A DNA stretch of 64,000 nucleotides from an uncultured Spirochaetota bacterium (GTDB taxonomy: Bacteria > Spirochaetota > Spirochaetia > SZUA-6 > Fen-1364): NCBI GenBank assembly GCA_963820525.1, contig CAWGAA010000001.1:96001-160000 (forward strand), given 5' to 3'. Below the pieces are notes generated by a model. It made no database searches. It was not told the DNA's origin and saw only the letters and a program-made list of their open reading frames with translations. Below, one piece after another: positions 19,807-30,169 of the stretch (position 1 is the stretch's first letter; every line of letters begins with the position of its first letter). The position numbers and the translations under genes are program-made.

Positions 19807-21448
19807 CTCCCAGCCCGCCGCCACCCATGATGTAAAAGTTGGCAGCGTCCTCGAATTCGCCGAGAACGGCTGCCGAAACGACGATGTGGGTTCCCGGGAT
19901 CAGCCAATGGGCCTCGGCCCCGGCCTGGAAGGGAAGGCCGATCGAAAAGACGCCGTCGGTGAGGGGCTGGGTCCGCGCGGCAATGGAGATTCCGCCGCTG
20001 AGCTCGCCAAGATCCAGGAGTATGCCTCCCCGCAGGTACAGCCACGATGCGAACCCGAGTGACGGGGGGACTCCATCGTCGTAGGGGCGCCACAGGGTGG
20101 CGAGGATCTCCGTGTCGGCGAGCAGGCTCACGGGGCCCAGCACAAGCTGCAGGGGAACGCCCAGCGAGATTCCCGTGAAGTCGGAGAAGGTGTCGGTCGT
20201 CAGGACTCCGACCGCGGGGCTGTACTGGAATGAAGCCTTTCCCTGGAGCGAAACGCCGAACCCCACGGGCGGCGCGGGGTGGAGGAAGGGGTAGCGCACC
20301 GCCACGCTCCCGCCGAACGGAGCGGCAACGGTGGAGAAGATCGCGGCCGCCTGTCCGTCGATTTCCAGAAAGCCGCCGATCCCGATTCGCGCCGAAAGCC
20401 CCAGGGGAGCGCGCACCAGCGAGCCGGAGGCGCTCGCGGCGCCGAGGAAGGAGAGCTGGAACCCTCCGTCGGGCAGGATATCGGTGCTGGGAGCGTAGAG
20501 GAGACCCGAAGCGCCGCTCCATCCGCTTCGCACAGCTTCCCGGACGCTCCTGTCGATCGTTACCGTGATCTCCCTGCTGTCGCCGGACCCCTCGTCCTTT
20601 CCAATCCCCTCGAGGATGAAGCGGTAGTCGCCGTCAGGCAGCTCCTTTCCCGATGAGTCGCGAAGCCGCCAGGTGTAGGTGTAGTCCCACGTGGTGAACT
20701 CGGGGAGGGTGTCGTGGAAAACCGTCTGGGACTGGCCGTCGAAAACGGTGACCTCTCCCGTGCCCGGCCCCGAAACCTCGAAGGAGATGAAGAGCATGCC
20801 CAGGACGCCGGGGTTCTCGGGATTGAGGACCTTCTTGGCGGGCACGGCGGAGAGGAAGCTGAATGGAGCGGGAGAGAGGCTGACGTCGACGCTCGTTACC
20901 TCTTTTTCCGAGATGACGATCGACTGGCGGAAATCAGCGTAGCCGAAGGACCGGACCACGAGCTGGAAGGTTCCCACGGGAAGCTCGACAAGCCCGGGAG
21001 CGACCGCGTCTCCCCCGACCGTCGCCGTGCTGTCCTGGGGCGACACGGTGAGGCGGAGAAATCCCGTGATTCGGGCAAGGTCGGTCTGGAAAAGCATGTA
21101 GTCGCCGGAGAAATTGACCAGCGTTGTGATGGCGTAATAGCCGTCCTTGCGAAGCTCCAGGCGATAGCTGCCCTGGCCGAGGTTGCCGACCACGAGGGGA
21201 GTCCGCCCCTGGTAGACTCCGTTGATGTAGACCTCGGCGCCATCGGGATTCGTGATGATGGAGAGGCCCTTGGTGACGGGGATTCCCGTAGGCTGGTAGC
21301 TCTGTCCCGACTGCTCCGTCGGTCCCTTTCCGCCGCTTTCGATGGAGGCGGCCTTTGAAAGGGTGCCTCCGGAGGTCGTGGCGCACGAGGTGACGATGAC
21401 GGCGAGAAGGAATGCCGGCGCGGCGCGGCGCACACGTTTATCGCTCAT
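19796..21448 (-). CDS. PEGA-domain lipoprotein with FlgD-Ig-like domain and beta-rich C-terminus
   Basis: Lipobox IVTSC; PEGA TNPDGAEVYING..GRTPL; W.LRDSSGKELPDGDY. Confidence 0.8.
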   Translation of the reverse strand: MSDKRVRRAAPAFLLAVIVTSCATTSGGTLSKAASIESGGKGPTEQSGQSYQPTGIPVTKGLSIITNPDGAEVYINGVYQGRTPLVVGNLGQGSYRLELRKDGYYAITTLVNFSGDYMLFQTDLARITGFLRLTVSPQDSTATVGGDAVAPGLVELPVGTFQLVVRSFGYADFRQSIVISEKEVTSVDVSLSPAPFSFLSAVPAKKVLNPENPGVLGMLFISFEVSGPGTGEVTVFDGQSQTVFHDTLPEFTTWDYTYTWRLRDSSGKELPDGDYRFILEGIGKDEGSGDSREITVTIDRSVREAVRSGWSGASGLLYAPSTDILPDGGFQLSFLGAASASGSLVRAPLGLSARIGIGGFLEIDGQAAAIFSTVAAPFGGSVAVRYPFLHPAPPVGFGVSLQGKASFQYSPAVGVLTTDTFSDFTGISLGVPLQLVLGPVSLLADTEILATLWRPYDDGVPPSLGFASWLYLRGGILLDLGELSGGISIAARTQPLTDGVFSIGLPFQAGAEAHWLIPGTHIVVSAAVLGEFEDAANFYIMGGGGLGVIY

Positions 21449-21570
21449 GCATCCGATTCTACTCCCCCCTGGAGAGGGATTTCAAGTTTCGCCGCTGCGC
21501 TCCGCTTTCCTCAGGCGCTCCCCCCTTTTCCAAGTCGCCGGGATGGCCGATACTAAAGATCAGGAAAGCC

Positions 21571-22812
21571 ATGAGAAGCTCCGTTTCGGAAGGGAAATCC
21601 TCGGGGAGGGTGCGTTCGGCGCTGGCGGCATTCGCGCGCGGCGTCGGCGTGCTGTATGGGGATCTGAAGCGGGAAAACCTCTTTCGAATAATCTTCGGGA
21701 TCGTCCTGCTGCTCCTGACGAGCGCGCTGCTCGTGTTCCTGGTCGAGTCGCGGAACAACAGGGCGATGTATGGCGCGTTTTTCGACGCGATATGGTGGGC
21801 GGTCGTCACATGGGCGACCGTCGGCTATGGGGACAAGTTCCCCCTGAGCGTCATCGGCAAGGTATTCGGGATCGTCCTCATCTTCTCGAGCGTGGCGGTT
21901 TCCTCCATCCTCTCCGGGACGATCGCGAGCATCTTTGTGGACAGGAAAATCCGGGAGGGCAAGGGCTTGCAGGAAGTCACGTTCAAGAACCACATCGTGA
22001 TTTGCGGATGGAACGCGAACACGGAAAAGATCGTCGCGGGCCTCGCCCGGATCTTCTCGCGGAAAAAGGCCAAGGTGGCCCTGGTCAACGAGATGGATCC
22101 GGAAGCCTTCCAGAGCCTGGCGGCCCGCTTCAAGGGAATGGAGATCCGCTTCGTGCGCGGAGACTTCACCCGTGAGGAGGTCATCCGGCGCGCCTCGATG
22201 CGCAGCGCCGTGGCAGCCATCATCGTTTCCGACATATCGGGCTCCAACACGCTGGAAAAGGCGGACGAAAGGACGATTCTGGCGACACTCGCCATCAAGC
22301 ACATCAACCCCGGCATCATGACGAGCGCCGAGATCCTCAACCCCGAGAATGAAGGCCACCTGCGCCGCGCGGAGGTGGACGATATCATCGTCAATGGCGA
22401 GTTCAACGGCTTCCTCCTGGCCAGCTCCACCATGGCTTCCGGCATCCCCCGTGTGGCCAAGGAGATTCTCTCCTTCGAGGGAAAGAACATCGTGAAGCAG
22501 GTCGAGGTTCCCCCCGCTTTCGCCGGAAAGCGCTTCGCCGAGCTTTCCGATCATTTCATGAAAAGCGGCGCGGGGGTCCTCATCGGCGTGCTCTCCGAAG
22601 AGAAGAAGATGTCGCTGGACGACATCCTGGCGGGGGATTCTTCGGCCATCGACGATTTCATCAAGCGGAAGTTCGCCGAAGCGGACGTCGATTACCTGGA
22701 ACAGGAGAAAAAGGCGGAAAACGTCAGGCTCAATCCCGGGCCCGACTACACGATCAAGGGCTCCGACAAGGCATTCCTGATCGGGCAGCCCCAAGGGGAG
22801 AGGGAAGCCTGA
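21571..22812 (+). CDS. 2-TM potassium channel with RCK (TrkA-N) domain
   Basis: Selectivity filter WWAVVTWATVGYGD; RCK NHIVICGWN, FVRGDFT. Confidence 0.9.
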   Translation: MRSSVSEGKSSGRVRSALAAFARGVGVLYGDLKRENLFRIIFGIVLLLLTSALLVFLVESRNNRAMYGAFFDAIWWAVVTWATVGYGDKFPLSVIGKVFGIVLIFSSVAVSSILSGTIASIFVDRKIREGKGLQEVTFKNHIVICGWNANTEKIVAGLARIFSRKKAKVALVNEMDPEAFQSLAARFKGMEIRFVRGDFTREEVIRRASMRSAVAAIIVSDISGSNTLEKADERTILATLAIKHINPGIMTSAEILNPENEGHLRRAEVDDIIVNGEFNGFLLASSTMASGIPRVAKEILSFEGKNIVKQVEVPPAFAGKRFAELSDHFMKSGAGVLIGVLSEEKKMSLDDILAGDSSAIDDFIKRKFAEADVDYLEQEKKAENVRLNPGPDYTIKGSDKAFLIGQPQGEREA

Positions 22813-23324
22813 TGGCACGAGCGAGAGAGAAGGATTTTCTCAAGAGCGTCGGCATCCTCTCGGATCTCACCGCCGAAGAACAGGACCGCCTCTGGCAGAT
22901 CGTCAAGCGCGTCAACGTCCCCAAGGGCGTCGTCATCATGCGGGAGGGAGAGCTGGGGGACACGATGTACCTGCTGGCGGATGGAGAGGTTGAGGTCACG
23001 CAGAAGCTCACTCTCAAGCTGGGCCGGCAGGGCTTCGGGCAAGCCGAGAAATCGGTCGTCAAGCTCAACGCGCGCACCGTTTCCTTCTTCGGCGACATGG
23101 CCCTGTTCGAGAACGAGCCCCGGAGCGCGACCATCACCGCCTCCACGGACTGTCTCCTGTACGAGATCTCACGCGACGGCTTCGAGAAGCTGAGCGAGAG
23201 CTACCCCAAGCTCGGATGCAAGATCATCAGAAGGATTGCCACGGTGCTCTGCCAGAGGGTCAGGCGGGGAAACCAGGACGTCCTCAAGCTCACGACGGCC
23301 TTGAGCCTGGCGCTTTCAAAGTGA
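22812..23324 (+). CDS. Stand-alone cyclic-nucleotide-binding domain protein
   Basis: IMREGELGDTMYLLADGEVEV, FFGDMALFENEPRSATITA; no HTH. Confidence 0.88.
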   Translation: MARAREKDFLKSVGILSDLTAEEQDRLWQIVKRVNVPKGVVIMREGELGDTMYLLADGEVEVTQKLTLKLGRQGFGQAEKSVVKLNARTVSFFGDMALFENEPRSATITASTDCLLYEISRDGFEKLSESYPKLGCKIIRRIATVLCQRVRRGNQDVLKLTTALSLALSK

Positions 23325-23331
23325 GGATTTC

Positions 23332-23886
23332 GTGCGCGTTTCAGAGCTGAAGCTCGTCGCATGTCTGGGAATCCTCTTATCGATCGCGTTCCCGATCTCC
23401 TCGCAGACCGCGGACGTGGGCTCGCGGCAGCCCACCAGCTTCCACGGAATTTCGCTGGGAATGGACATCGCCGTTGTAAAGGAGAAGCTCTCCTCCGACC
23501 CGCTTTTCGCCTACCGCGGCGAGCCCGACGTGAGCCTCGTGCCCCAGACGGATCAGACCCTCATCGAGTGCGCGGGCACCACGTTCATCAGGCGCGCGTA
23601 CTTCCAGTTCGAGCAGGGGAGCCTCCTCATCATGATCCTCACCCTCGACACGGAAAGGCTCGACTACTACGGGATGTTCACGGCCCTTTCCCGAAAATAC
23701 GGAGATCCGGCGAGCCTCAATCCGAACGAGAGCGTATGGCTCTTCGATTCCGTGCGCTTCTCCCTCGAGCGTCCCCTGACGGTAAAGTACGTGGAAAGAA
23801 AGACCTTCGAAGCCCTGCTCAAGAAGGGCTCCGCTCAGGCGGACCTGGAACAGCTCTCGCGGGAAAAGTTCATTGAGCAGTTCTAG
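23332..23886 (+). CDS. Exported hypothetical protein
   Basis: Signal peptide; sits within the operon. Confidence 0.65.
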   Translation: MRVSELKLVACLGILLSIAFPISSQTADVGSRQPTSFHGISLGMDIAVVKEKLSSDPLFAYRGEPDVSLVPQTDQTLIECAGTTFIRRAYFQFEQGSLLIMILTLDTERLDYYGMFTALSRKYGDPASLNPNESVWLFDSVRFSLERPLTVKYVERKTFEALLKKGSAQADLEQLSREKFIEQF

Positions 23887-25063
23887 CGCGACACGCGCAG
23901 CGGTAACGCTCAAGCACGGGAGGGAAGCGACCCTTCGACGCCGCCACCATCCCTGGATTTACAGCCAGGCGGTGGAGAAAGTGCTCGGAGAGCCGGGGGA
24001 TGGGGAGCTCCTGCCCATCGTCTGCTTTGACGGGAGCCCCCTCGGTTGGGGTTACTACTCTCCCCGGAGCCTCATTGCCGTGCGTTTGGTCGGATTCGGG
24101 AGCGAGCCGCCCGGCGAAAAATGGATCGAGGACAGGATGGCTGCGGCGCTCTCCATGCGGCGGGGACTCCCCCTCGACTCGGATGCGTTTCGCATGGTGA
24201 ACGCTGAGGGCGATTTCATTCCCGGGCTCATCGTCGACGTTTACGGCGACACGGCCGTTGTTTCCATTCACATCCGGGGAATAGAGGTGCTCATGGACAG
24301 GATAGCGGCGTGCCTCGCCGCGCTCCTTCCGGGAACGCGAGTTTTCCTCAAGCGCGATGAGCACTATGCCCGGGTGGAGAACCTGAGCCTCGCCTCCGGA
24401 TATCTCTCCGGACAGGGGGACGGAACGAGCGTCATCCGGGAGGGAAAACTCCAGATCCTCGTCGATATCGCCCATGGGCAGAAGACCGGCTTCTACCTCG
24501 ATCAGAGGGAGAACAGGTACCTGGTCGGCGCTTACTCCATGGGGAAGAGCCTCCTCAATCTCTTTTCCTACACCGGGGCGTTTTCCCTGCACGCCGTGGC
24601 GGCAGGGGCGGTGAGGGCCGTCTCCGTTGAAAGCTCGCGGCTGGCGATCGCCATTTCTCAGCGGAACGTGGAGCTGAACCCCGCACTTGATGCGTCGGCG
24701 TTCGAATGGCGGCAGGAGGATGTCTTCTCGTTCCTCGAGCAGGATGGGAAATACGACATCATTGTCGTGGATCCGCCGCCGTTCGCGCGCAGGCGGACGG
24801 AGGTGGAGGGCGCCATCAGGGGCTACCTCAGCCTGAACCAGCAGGCGGTGAAGAAGCTTTCCCCCGGCGGCTATGCCTTCACCTTTTCCTGTTCGGGGGC
24901 GGTGGATCGGGATACCTTCCGGCAGGTGGTCGTCGAGGCTGCCATGCGTTCGGGAAGGACGGTCCGTCTGCTGCGGGAGCTGCACGCGGGAGCGGACCAT
25001 CCCGTGTCCGCGGCGCATCCAGAAGGAGAATACCTCAAGGGGTGGCTGATCCATGCTCAGTAG
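23873..25063 (+). CDS. rlmI: 23S rRNA m5C1962-type SAM methyltransferase (RlmI family)
   Basis: PUA HPWIYS, NAEGDFIPGLIVD, GQKTGFYLDQRENR, LNLFSYTGAF, DPPPF, FSCSG, EGEYLKG. Confidence 0.88.
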   Translation: MSSSSATRAAVTLKHGREATLRRRHHPWIYSQAVEKVLGEPGDGELLPIVCFDGSPLGWGYYSPRSLIAVRLVGFGSEPPGEKWIEDRMAAALSMRRGLPLDSDAFRMVNAEGDFIPGLIVDVYGDTAVVSIHIRGIEVLMDRIAACLAALLPGTRVFLKRDEHYARVENLSLASGYLSGQGDGTSVIREGKLQILVDIAHGQKTGFYLDQRENRYLVGAYSMGKSLLNLFSYTGAFSLHAVAAGAVRAVSVESSRLAIAISQRNVELNPALDASAFEWRQEDVFSFLEQDGKYDIIVVDPPPFARRRTEVEGAIRGYLSLNQQAVKKLSPGGYAFTFSCSGAVDRDTFRQVVVEAAMRSGRTVRLLRELHAGADHPVSAAHPEGEYLKGWLIHAQ

Positions 25064-25481
25064 GGTTTGCGGGGCCGCGGCGCTCCTTGTCGTGCTGACG
25101 TCGTGCACGCCCGGGCTTCCGAGGATCGGGCTCTCGATAAAGGGAGTCGCGTTCTCCGTGGAAGTCGCGCGCTCGGAGGCCGAGCGTGAGAGGGGCCTGA
25201 TGTTTCGAAAAACGATTTCAAAGCGGGAGGGGATGCTGTTCGTCTTCGACGCCGATCAGCATCTCGACTTCTGGATGAAGGACACGCCGGTCCCCCTCTC
25301 CATCGGATTCATCTCCGCGGACGGCAGGATCCTCGAGATCGAAGACATGCAGCCGTTCTCGCTTGCGACGATCCGCTCCCGCTCCTCCTGCCGCTACGCC
25401 CTGGAGCTTGCCCAGGGAACGTTCCGCGATATCGGGGCGGCGGAAGGGGACAGCGTGGTTTTCCCTCCCGGCTTCAAATAA
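25053..25481 (+). CDS. DUF192 family (lipo)protein
   Basis: VEVA..ERERGLMFR, GMLFVF, FWMKDTPVPLSIGF, YALEL; lipobox LTSC. Confidence 0.88.
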   Translation: MLSRVCGAAALLVVLTSCTPGLPRIGLSIKGVAFSVEVARSEAERERGLMFRKTISKREGMLFVFDADQHLDFWMKDTPVPLSIGFISADGRILEIEDMQPFSLATIRSRSSCRYALELAQGTFRDIGAAEGDSVVFPPGFK

Positions 25482-25502
25482 CGCGCGGGGGCGAGCCCGC
25501 CG

Positions 25503-25754
25503 CTATTCCTTGTCCTCCTCGGAGAGCTCCGGGAACAGGGAGAGGGCAGGCTCGCCCTCGGCGGATTCGGGCTCGCGGGTGAGTATCTCCACCCTGCGCT
25601 CCACGCGGCTCAAATCCTTCTCCAGAGACTTGGAAAGCTTCACGCCCTCCTCGAATACCGAGACGGCCTCCTCCAGAGGGAGCTTGCCCTCCTTGAGCTT
25701 CTGGGCAAGCTCCTCCAATCTCTTCAGCCTTTCCTCAAAGTTTTTCCCCGGCAT
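25503..25754 (-). CDS. xseB: Exodeoxyribonuclease VII small subunit
   Basis: NFEERLKRLEE..LPLEEAVSVFEEGVKL; follows xseA. Confidence 0.93.
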   Translation of the reverse strand: MPGKNFEERLKRLEELAQKLKEGKLPLEEAVSVFEEGVKLSKSLEKDLSRVERRVEILTREPESAEGEPALSLFPELSEEDKE

Positions 25755-26958
25755 ACGTCTCCTTCACGGCGGCCCGAAGACCTCCGCGTGCCAGCCGCAC
25801 GCGAACGAAATCCTCTGTTTTGACCATTTCAGATGAGAGGAGCACGGCCCCCGACTTCTCGTCGCTGACCACCGCGTAGCCCCGCCGCAGGATGTCCAGG
25901 GGAGAGCAGGATGCCAGCTCCCGGGAAGCGAGGTCGAGCCTGTGGCGAAGGCCGGTCAGGGTCCGGCCAAACTCGTCGAAGAGTGATTGCTTGGCATCAT
26001 CGAAACGCAGGGTGACGGGACCGGAGAAGATGCGGAAACTGCGCAGCAGGGTGTCCGGCTCGAACCGCGCCATGAGCAGCCGGACCCTTTCCAGTCTCTG
26101 GCGCAGGAGGCTCTCCATTGACGCGGAGAGCTGGACGACACGGTGGAGCAGCTCGACCCGGGAAGCGGATACCATCTCGGCGGCAGCCGACGGGGTGGGC
26201 GCGCGGATGTCGGCCGCCAGGTCGGAGAGGGTGAAGTCGGTCTCGTGTCCGACGGCTGAGATGACGGGGATTCGTGAGGCCGCGATGGCGCGCACGACAA
26301 CCTCGGAAGAGAAGGGGAGAAGGCCCTCCAGCGACCCTCCTCCGCGGCCCACGATGACAACCTCCCCGAGGGAATAGGCGTTGGCGATCTCGATCTGGCG
26401 GGCTATCCGCTCGTCGGCGCCCTCGCCCTGAACCGGAGTGGGAAGGATGACGACATCGATTCCCGCGCTCCTGCGCTTGAGGATCCTCAATATATCGCGG
26501 ATGGCAGCCCCGGTCGGGGATGTGACCACGGCAATGCGGGAGGGGAAAAGCGGCAGGGGCTTCTTTCGGGATTGATCGAAGAGCCCTTCGGCCGCCAGCT
26601 TTCGCTTGCGTTCCTCCAGGAGCGCAAGGATGTCGCCTTCCCCCGCGCGCTTGAGGCTCTCGCATATCAGCTGGTAGCTCCCCCTCCGCGGGTAGACCGA
26701 GATCCCCCCCCGGGCCCTCACCAGCATGCCGTCGGCGGGCTGGAAGCGGAGCGTCTCGATCCTGTTCCTGAACATGACGATGGAGATGATTGCATCCAGG
26801 TCTTTGAGGCTAAAGTAGTAGTGGCCCGTGCTGGAGGGGCGGAAGTTCGAGATCTCCCCCTGGACCGTCACATCGGGAAACCCGTCCTCAAGGGTGCCTT
26901 TGATGAGCTGGGTGATCTCCGATACGGTAAACGGCCGCGCTTCGGGGGCTTCGCTCAT
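25735..26958 (-). CDS. xseA: Exodeoxyribonuclease VII large subunit
   Basis: VQGEISNF..GHYYFSLKD, VVTSPTGAAIRD, GRGGGS, SAVGHETD, RAPTPSAAAE. Confidence 0.95.
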   Translation of the reverse strand: MSEAPEARPFTVSEITQLIKGTLEDGFPDVTVQGEISNFRPSSTGHYYFSLKDLDAIISIVMFRNRIETLRFQPADGMLVRARGGISVYPRRGSYQLICESLKRAGEGDILALLEERKRKLAAEGLFDQSRKKPLPLFPSRIAVVTSPTGAAIRDILRILKRRSAGIDVVILPTPVQGEGADERIARQIEIANAYSLGEVVIVGRGGGSLEGLLPFSSEVVVRAIAASRIPVISAVGHETDFTLSDLAADIRAPTPSAAAEMVSASRVELLHRVVQLSASMESLLRQRLERVRLLMARFEPDTLLRSFRIFSGPVTLRFDDAKQSLFDEFGRTLTGLRHRLDLASRELASCSPLDILRRGYAVVSDEKSGAVLLSSEMVKTEDFVRVRLARGGLRAAVKETYAGEKL

Positions 26959-27062
26959 TGAGGGGAGGGTACATCTTTGCACGGCGAATGGCAATTGGAG
27001 AACGTTCTCACCGAGGCGGTGAATTGCATTGAGGGCTATTTGTCGATAATCTGTTGGGAACA

Positions 27063-28550
27063 ATGAAGAACATCGCGATCATCAACGCCATTGCCTCAAG
27101 CGATGTGGCCCTGCGCCCCATTTTCGGAGATCGCTCGTCCCTGGAGCGGGCGATCTCCGCCGGCCGCGTCATGCCCGACGTGGAGGAAGTAATTGTCCTT
27201 TGCTCACGGCCGCCCGCGGGGGTTTCCGGGGTGAGACTGGAAGAGCGGGACACATGGTCCGTGGGCGACCTCATCGCCTCTCTGATGAAGCATGGGCGCG
27301 GGCACTCCGACATATTCTATTTCTTCGCGGACTGCCCCCTGGTGGATGCATCGATCACGGCGCGGATGCACGAAAATCACCGGAAGTACTACGCCGACTA
27401 TACCTTCGCGGACGGCTACCCCTACGGTCTCACGCCCGAAATCATGCGCGTGGAAACCGCCTCCCGGCTGCCGGCATTTTCGGAGCGGGGCCCCTTGCTG
27501 GGCCGCGAGACCGTCTTCGAGCTGATCAAGCAGGACATCAACTCCTTCGATATCGAGACCGAGCTGGCCCCGAAGGACCAGCGTCTCCTCCGCGTCTCTC
27601 TCACCGCGGACACGGAAAGGAACTTCCTCCTTCTCTCGCGGCTGGCCGCTTTGGGCGCTTCCGACGCCTCTTCCGTAACCCGTGTTCTCGACGAGCACCC
27701 CGAGATCGCCAGGACGCTTCCCGTCTTTTTCCCCATCCAAATCGTGGAAAGGTGCCCCCAGGCATGCACGTACTGCCCCTACCCGCGCTTCGGCGGCGAC
27801 ATCCTGAAAAAGAACGGGGCCATGGAAGTGGAGGATTTCAGATCTCTGGTCGGAAAGATCGTGCGCTTCTGCGGGGACGCCGTGATCGATGTCTCCCTCT
27901 GGGGAGATCCCAGCATGCATCCGCGGTTTTTCGACATCGCAAAGGCCGCCCTGGAGCGCCCGGGGATCGATCTGGTGATCGAGACGTCGGGAGTCGGCTG
28001 GGACGCTTCGACGCTCAGGAAGCTCGCCTCTGAGCTTCCCCGCCGGCCAACCTGGATCGTCTCCCTGGACGCCGCCTCCCAGAATGTCTACGCGAGCCTG
28101 CGGGGTCCCGGATTCGAGGAGTCGCGTGCCACGGCGCAGCTTCTCTTCGAGCTTTTCCCGCAATCCGTCTACGCCCAGGCCGTCAGGATGAAAGAAAATG
28201 AAGAGGACCTGGAAACCTTCTTCAAGGAATGGAAAGGAAAAACTGAAAAGCTCATCATCCAGAAATACGATCATTTCTGCGGTTTTCTCCCCGAGAGGAA
28301 GGTGGCGGACCTCTCTCCGCTGAAGCGCTTCCCCTGCTGGCACATCAAGCGCGATCTCGCGGTTCTCATCGATGGGACGGTCTGCCTGTGCCGCGAAGAC
28401 CTCGGCCGCGCGCACGTGCTGGGAAACGCCTCAAGCGAGGAGCTGTCGGCCGTCTGGGCCAGAGGGGAGGCTTTCCACGGCAGGCATGTCTCGGGGGATT
28501 ACCCCAGCCTCTGCACCTCCTGCGATGAGTGGTATACCTATAACTTCTAA
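27063..28550 (+). CDS. Spiro-SPASM radical SAM protein (TIGR04321-like)
   Basis: N-terminal nucleotidyltransferase-like part (ADYTFADGYPYGLTPE, KQDINSFDIET), CPQACTYC, SPASM PCWH..VCLCRED..CTSCDEWYTYNF. Confidence 0.85.
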   Translation: MKNIAIINAIASSDVALRPIFGDRSSLERAISAGRVMPDVEEVIVLCSRPPAGVSGVRLEERDTWSVGDLIASLMKHGRGHSDIFYFFADCPLVDASITARMHENHRKYYADYTFADGYPYGLTPEIMRVETASRLPAFSERGPLLGRETVFELIKQDINSFDIETELAPKDQRLLRVSLTADTERNFLLLSRLAALGASDASSVTRVLDEHPEIARTLPVFFPIQIVERCPQACTYCPYPRFGGDILKKNGAMEVEDFRSLVGKIVRFCGDAVIDVSLWGDPSMHPRFFDIAKAALERPGIDLVIETSGVGWDASTLRKLASELPRRPTWIVSLDAASQNVYASLRGPGFEESRATAQLLFELFPQSVYAQAVRMKENEEDLETFFKEWKGKTEKLIIQKYDHFCGFLPERKVADLSPLKRFPCWHIKRDLAVLIDGTVCLCREDLGRAHVLGNASSEELSAVWARGEAFHGRHVSGDYPSLCTSCDEWYTYNF

Positions 28551-28557
28551 GCCGACG

Positions 28558-29481
28558 ATGGTCCCCTATACCGTGATGGGCGGCGTCCGCCGTGACTGGA
28601 TGCGAAAGTATCCTTACCGGCTCACCATCCTCGTCATGAGCAGGGGCGACAGGCTGTTCCGCTCGGAGCTCCTGGGGCAGCTGGAAGCCTTCGCGCTCGG
28701 CGAGATCATCTGGGTGGAGGGGCCCGCGGTCTCGTTCGATATCGAAACCCTCTCGCGCGATTTTCCCGGGGTCCGTTTTCTCCTCATCAAGGAAGACGTG
28801 TCGATCGGTCAGATGATCGACATCGGCATATCTGAATCCCGGGCACCGTACGTGCTGTGCATGTGGAGCGACGCGCGGATTGCCAGCCTCTCCCCATCCC
28901 TGCTCGATTCGATCGAGAAGGCGCATTCCGTCTGCGTCATCCCCCTGATCAGGAACGCCCGCTCAGAGGTCGTGCCGTCCTTCCAGGCCCCCGTGTGGAG
29001 GAAAGGCACCCTCTCCCTTCAGTTTCGAACGCCGAGCAGGGATGGAGAGAAGGTCCTTTTTCCATTCGATTACTGCGGGATCTACGATTCGAGGAGATTC
29101 GCGCAGAGCGGCGGCTACGACCCGGCGATCTCCAACCCCTACTGGCAGAAGCTCGACTTCGGCTTTCGCTGTCACCTCTGGGGTGAAAAGATCAGCGGCA
29201 CGACGGCGATCACGCTCGCCTACGCGAGCCCGCCGCCGTCGGAAGACTCCACCCCTGACGAAAGCTACAAGGCCTTCTATTTGAAGAACCTGGCGGTTCG
29301 CTTCAAGAGGGAGATGGGGGTCCTTCCGCCGTGGAGGATGCTGGAGTACATCCTGCGCTCGAACACGGGGCCATTCCTCGCGGCGCGGGAGTTCCGCCGC
29401 ATGCGAGCGTGGGTCTCTCTCCACCGATCCCGCTTCCGACGGGATCCGCGGGAGCTCATGGAGAAATGGGGGAGCCAGTAG
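28558..29481 (+). CDS. Glycosyltransferase family 2-like protein
   Basis: FPFDYCGIY, GGYDPAISNPYWQKLDFGFRCHLWG resemble the GT2 C-terminal motif; operon context. Confidence 0.55.
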   Translation: MVPYTVMGGVRRDWMRKYPYRLTILVMSRGDRLFRSELLGQLEAFALGEIIWVEGPAVSFDIETLSRDFPGVRFLLIKEDVSIGQMIDIGISESRAPYVLCMWSDARIASLSPSLLDSIEKAHSVCVIPLIRNARSEVVPSFQAPVWRKGTLSLQFRTPSRDGEKVLFPFDYCGIYDSRRFAQSGGYDPAISNPYWQKLDFGFRCHLWGEKISGTTAITLAYASPPPSEDSTPDESYKAFYLKNLAVRFKREMGVLPPWRMLEYILRSNTGPFLAAREFRRMRAWVSLHRSRFRRDPRELMEKWGSQ

Positions 29482-29482
29482 G

Positions 29483-30169
29483 GTGCGCACGGGCGTCTTT
29501 ATCCAGGTGCGGCTGGGCTCCACGAGGCTGCCGGCAAAGGCCGTTCTTCCCATTGACGGGGTGAGCCTGATCCGCCACGCGATGCGCGCCCTGCGCGGAG
29601 TCCCCGCAGAAGTTCACGCGCTGCTCTCGGACCACCCGAGCGCGGCGCGGCTGGCCGAGGAGGCGGCGGCCGAAGGGTTCGAGCTTTTCGTCGGTCCGGA
29701 TCTTGATGTCCTGGCCCGTTTCTGCCAGGCATGCAGGAAGTTCTCCGTTTCCCGGCTTATCAGGGCCACGGGTGACAATCCCCTGGTGTCGGCTGCCCTG
29801 GCGAGATCGATCATGGAAATCCACGGCGAGAGAGGGGCGGATCTGAGCCATTACCTCGGCTGCCCGTGGGGCTCGGGAGTCGAGCTGGTGGAGGCGCGGG
29901 CCTTGTTCGCCGCGGAGAAGGAGGCGGAGGACTCCGTCGAGCGTGAACATATCACCACGTTCCTCTACCGCCATCCCGAGCGCTTCATCATCCTGGAGCC
30001 GCAGGCGCCGGACGGCATGAACGATCCGGATGCACGGGTGACGGTGGATACGCCCGAGGACTTCGCGCGCGTGCAGAGCATATTCCACGACCTCTATCGG
30101 GGTGCTCCCATCGAAGCTGACGAGATCGTTTCCTGGTTCAGGCGTTCGAGAGGCGGAAGCGATGCATGA
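29483..30169 (+). CDS. spsF: SpsF/NeuA-like cytidylyltransferase
   Basis: QVRLGSTRLPAKAV, DVLARF, IRATGDNPL, REHIT, RVTVDTPED. Confidence 0.85.
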   Translation: MRTGVFIQVRLGSTRLPAKAVLPIDGVSLIRHAMRALRGVPAEVHALLSDHPSAARLAEEAAAEGFELFVGPDLDVLARFCQACRKFSVSRLIRATGDNPLVSAALARSIMEIHGERGADLSHYLGCPWGSGVELVEARALFAAEKEAEDSVEREHITTFLYRHPERFIILEPQAPDGMNDPDARVTVDTPEDFARVQSIFHDLYRGAPIEADEIVSWFRRSRGGSDA

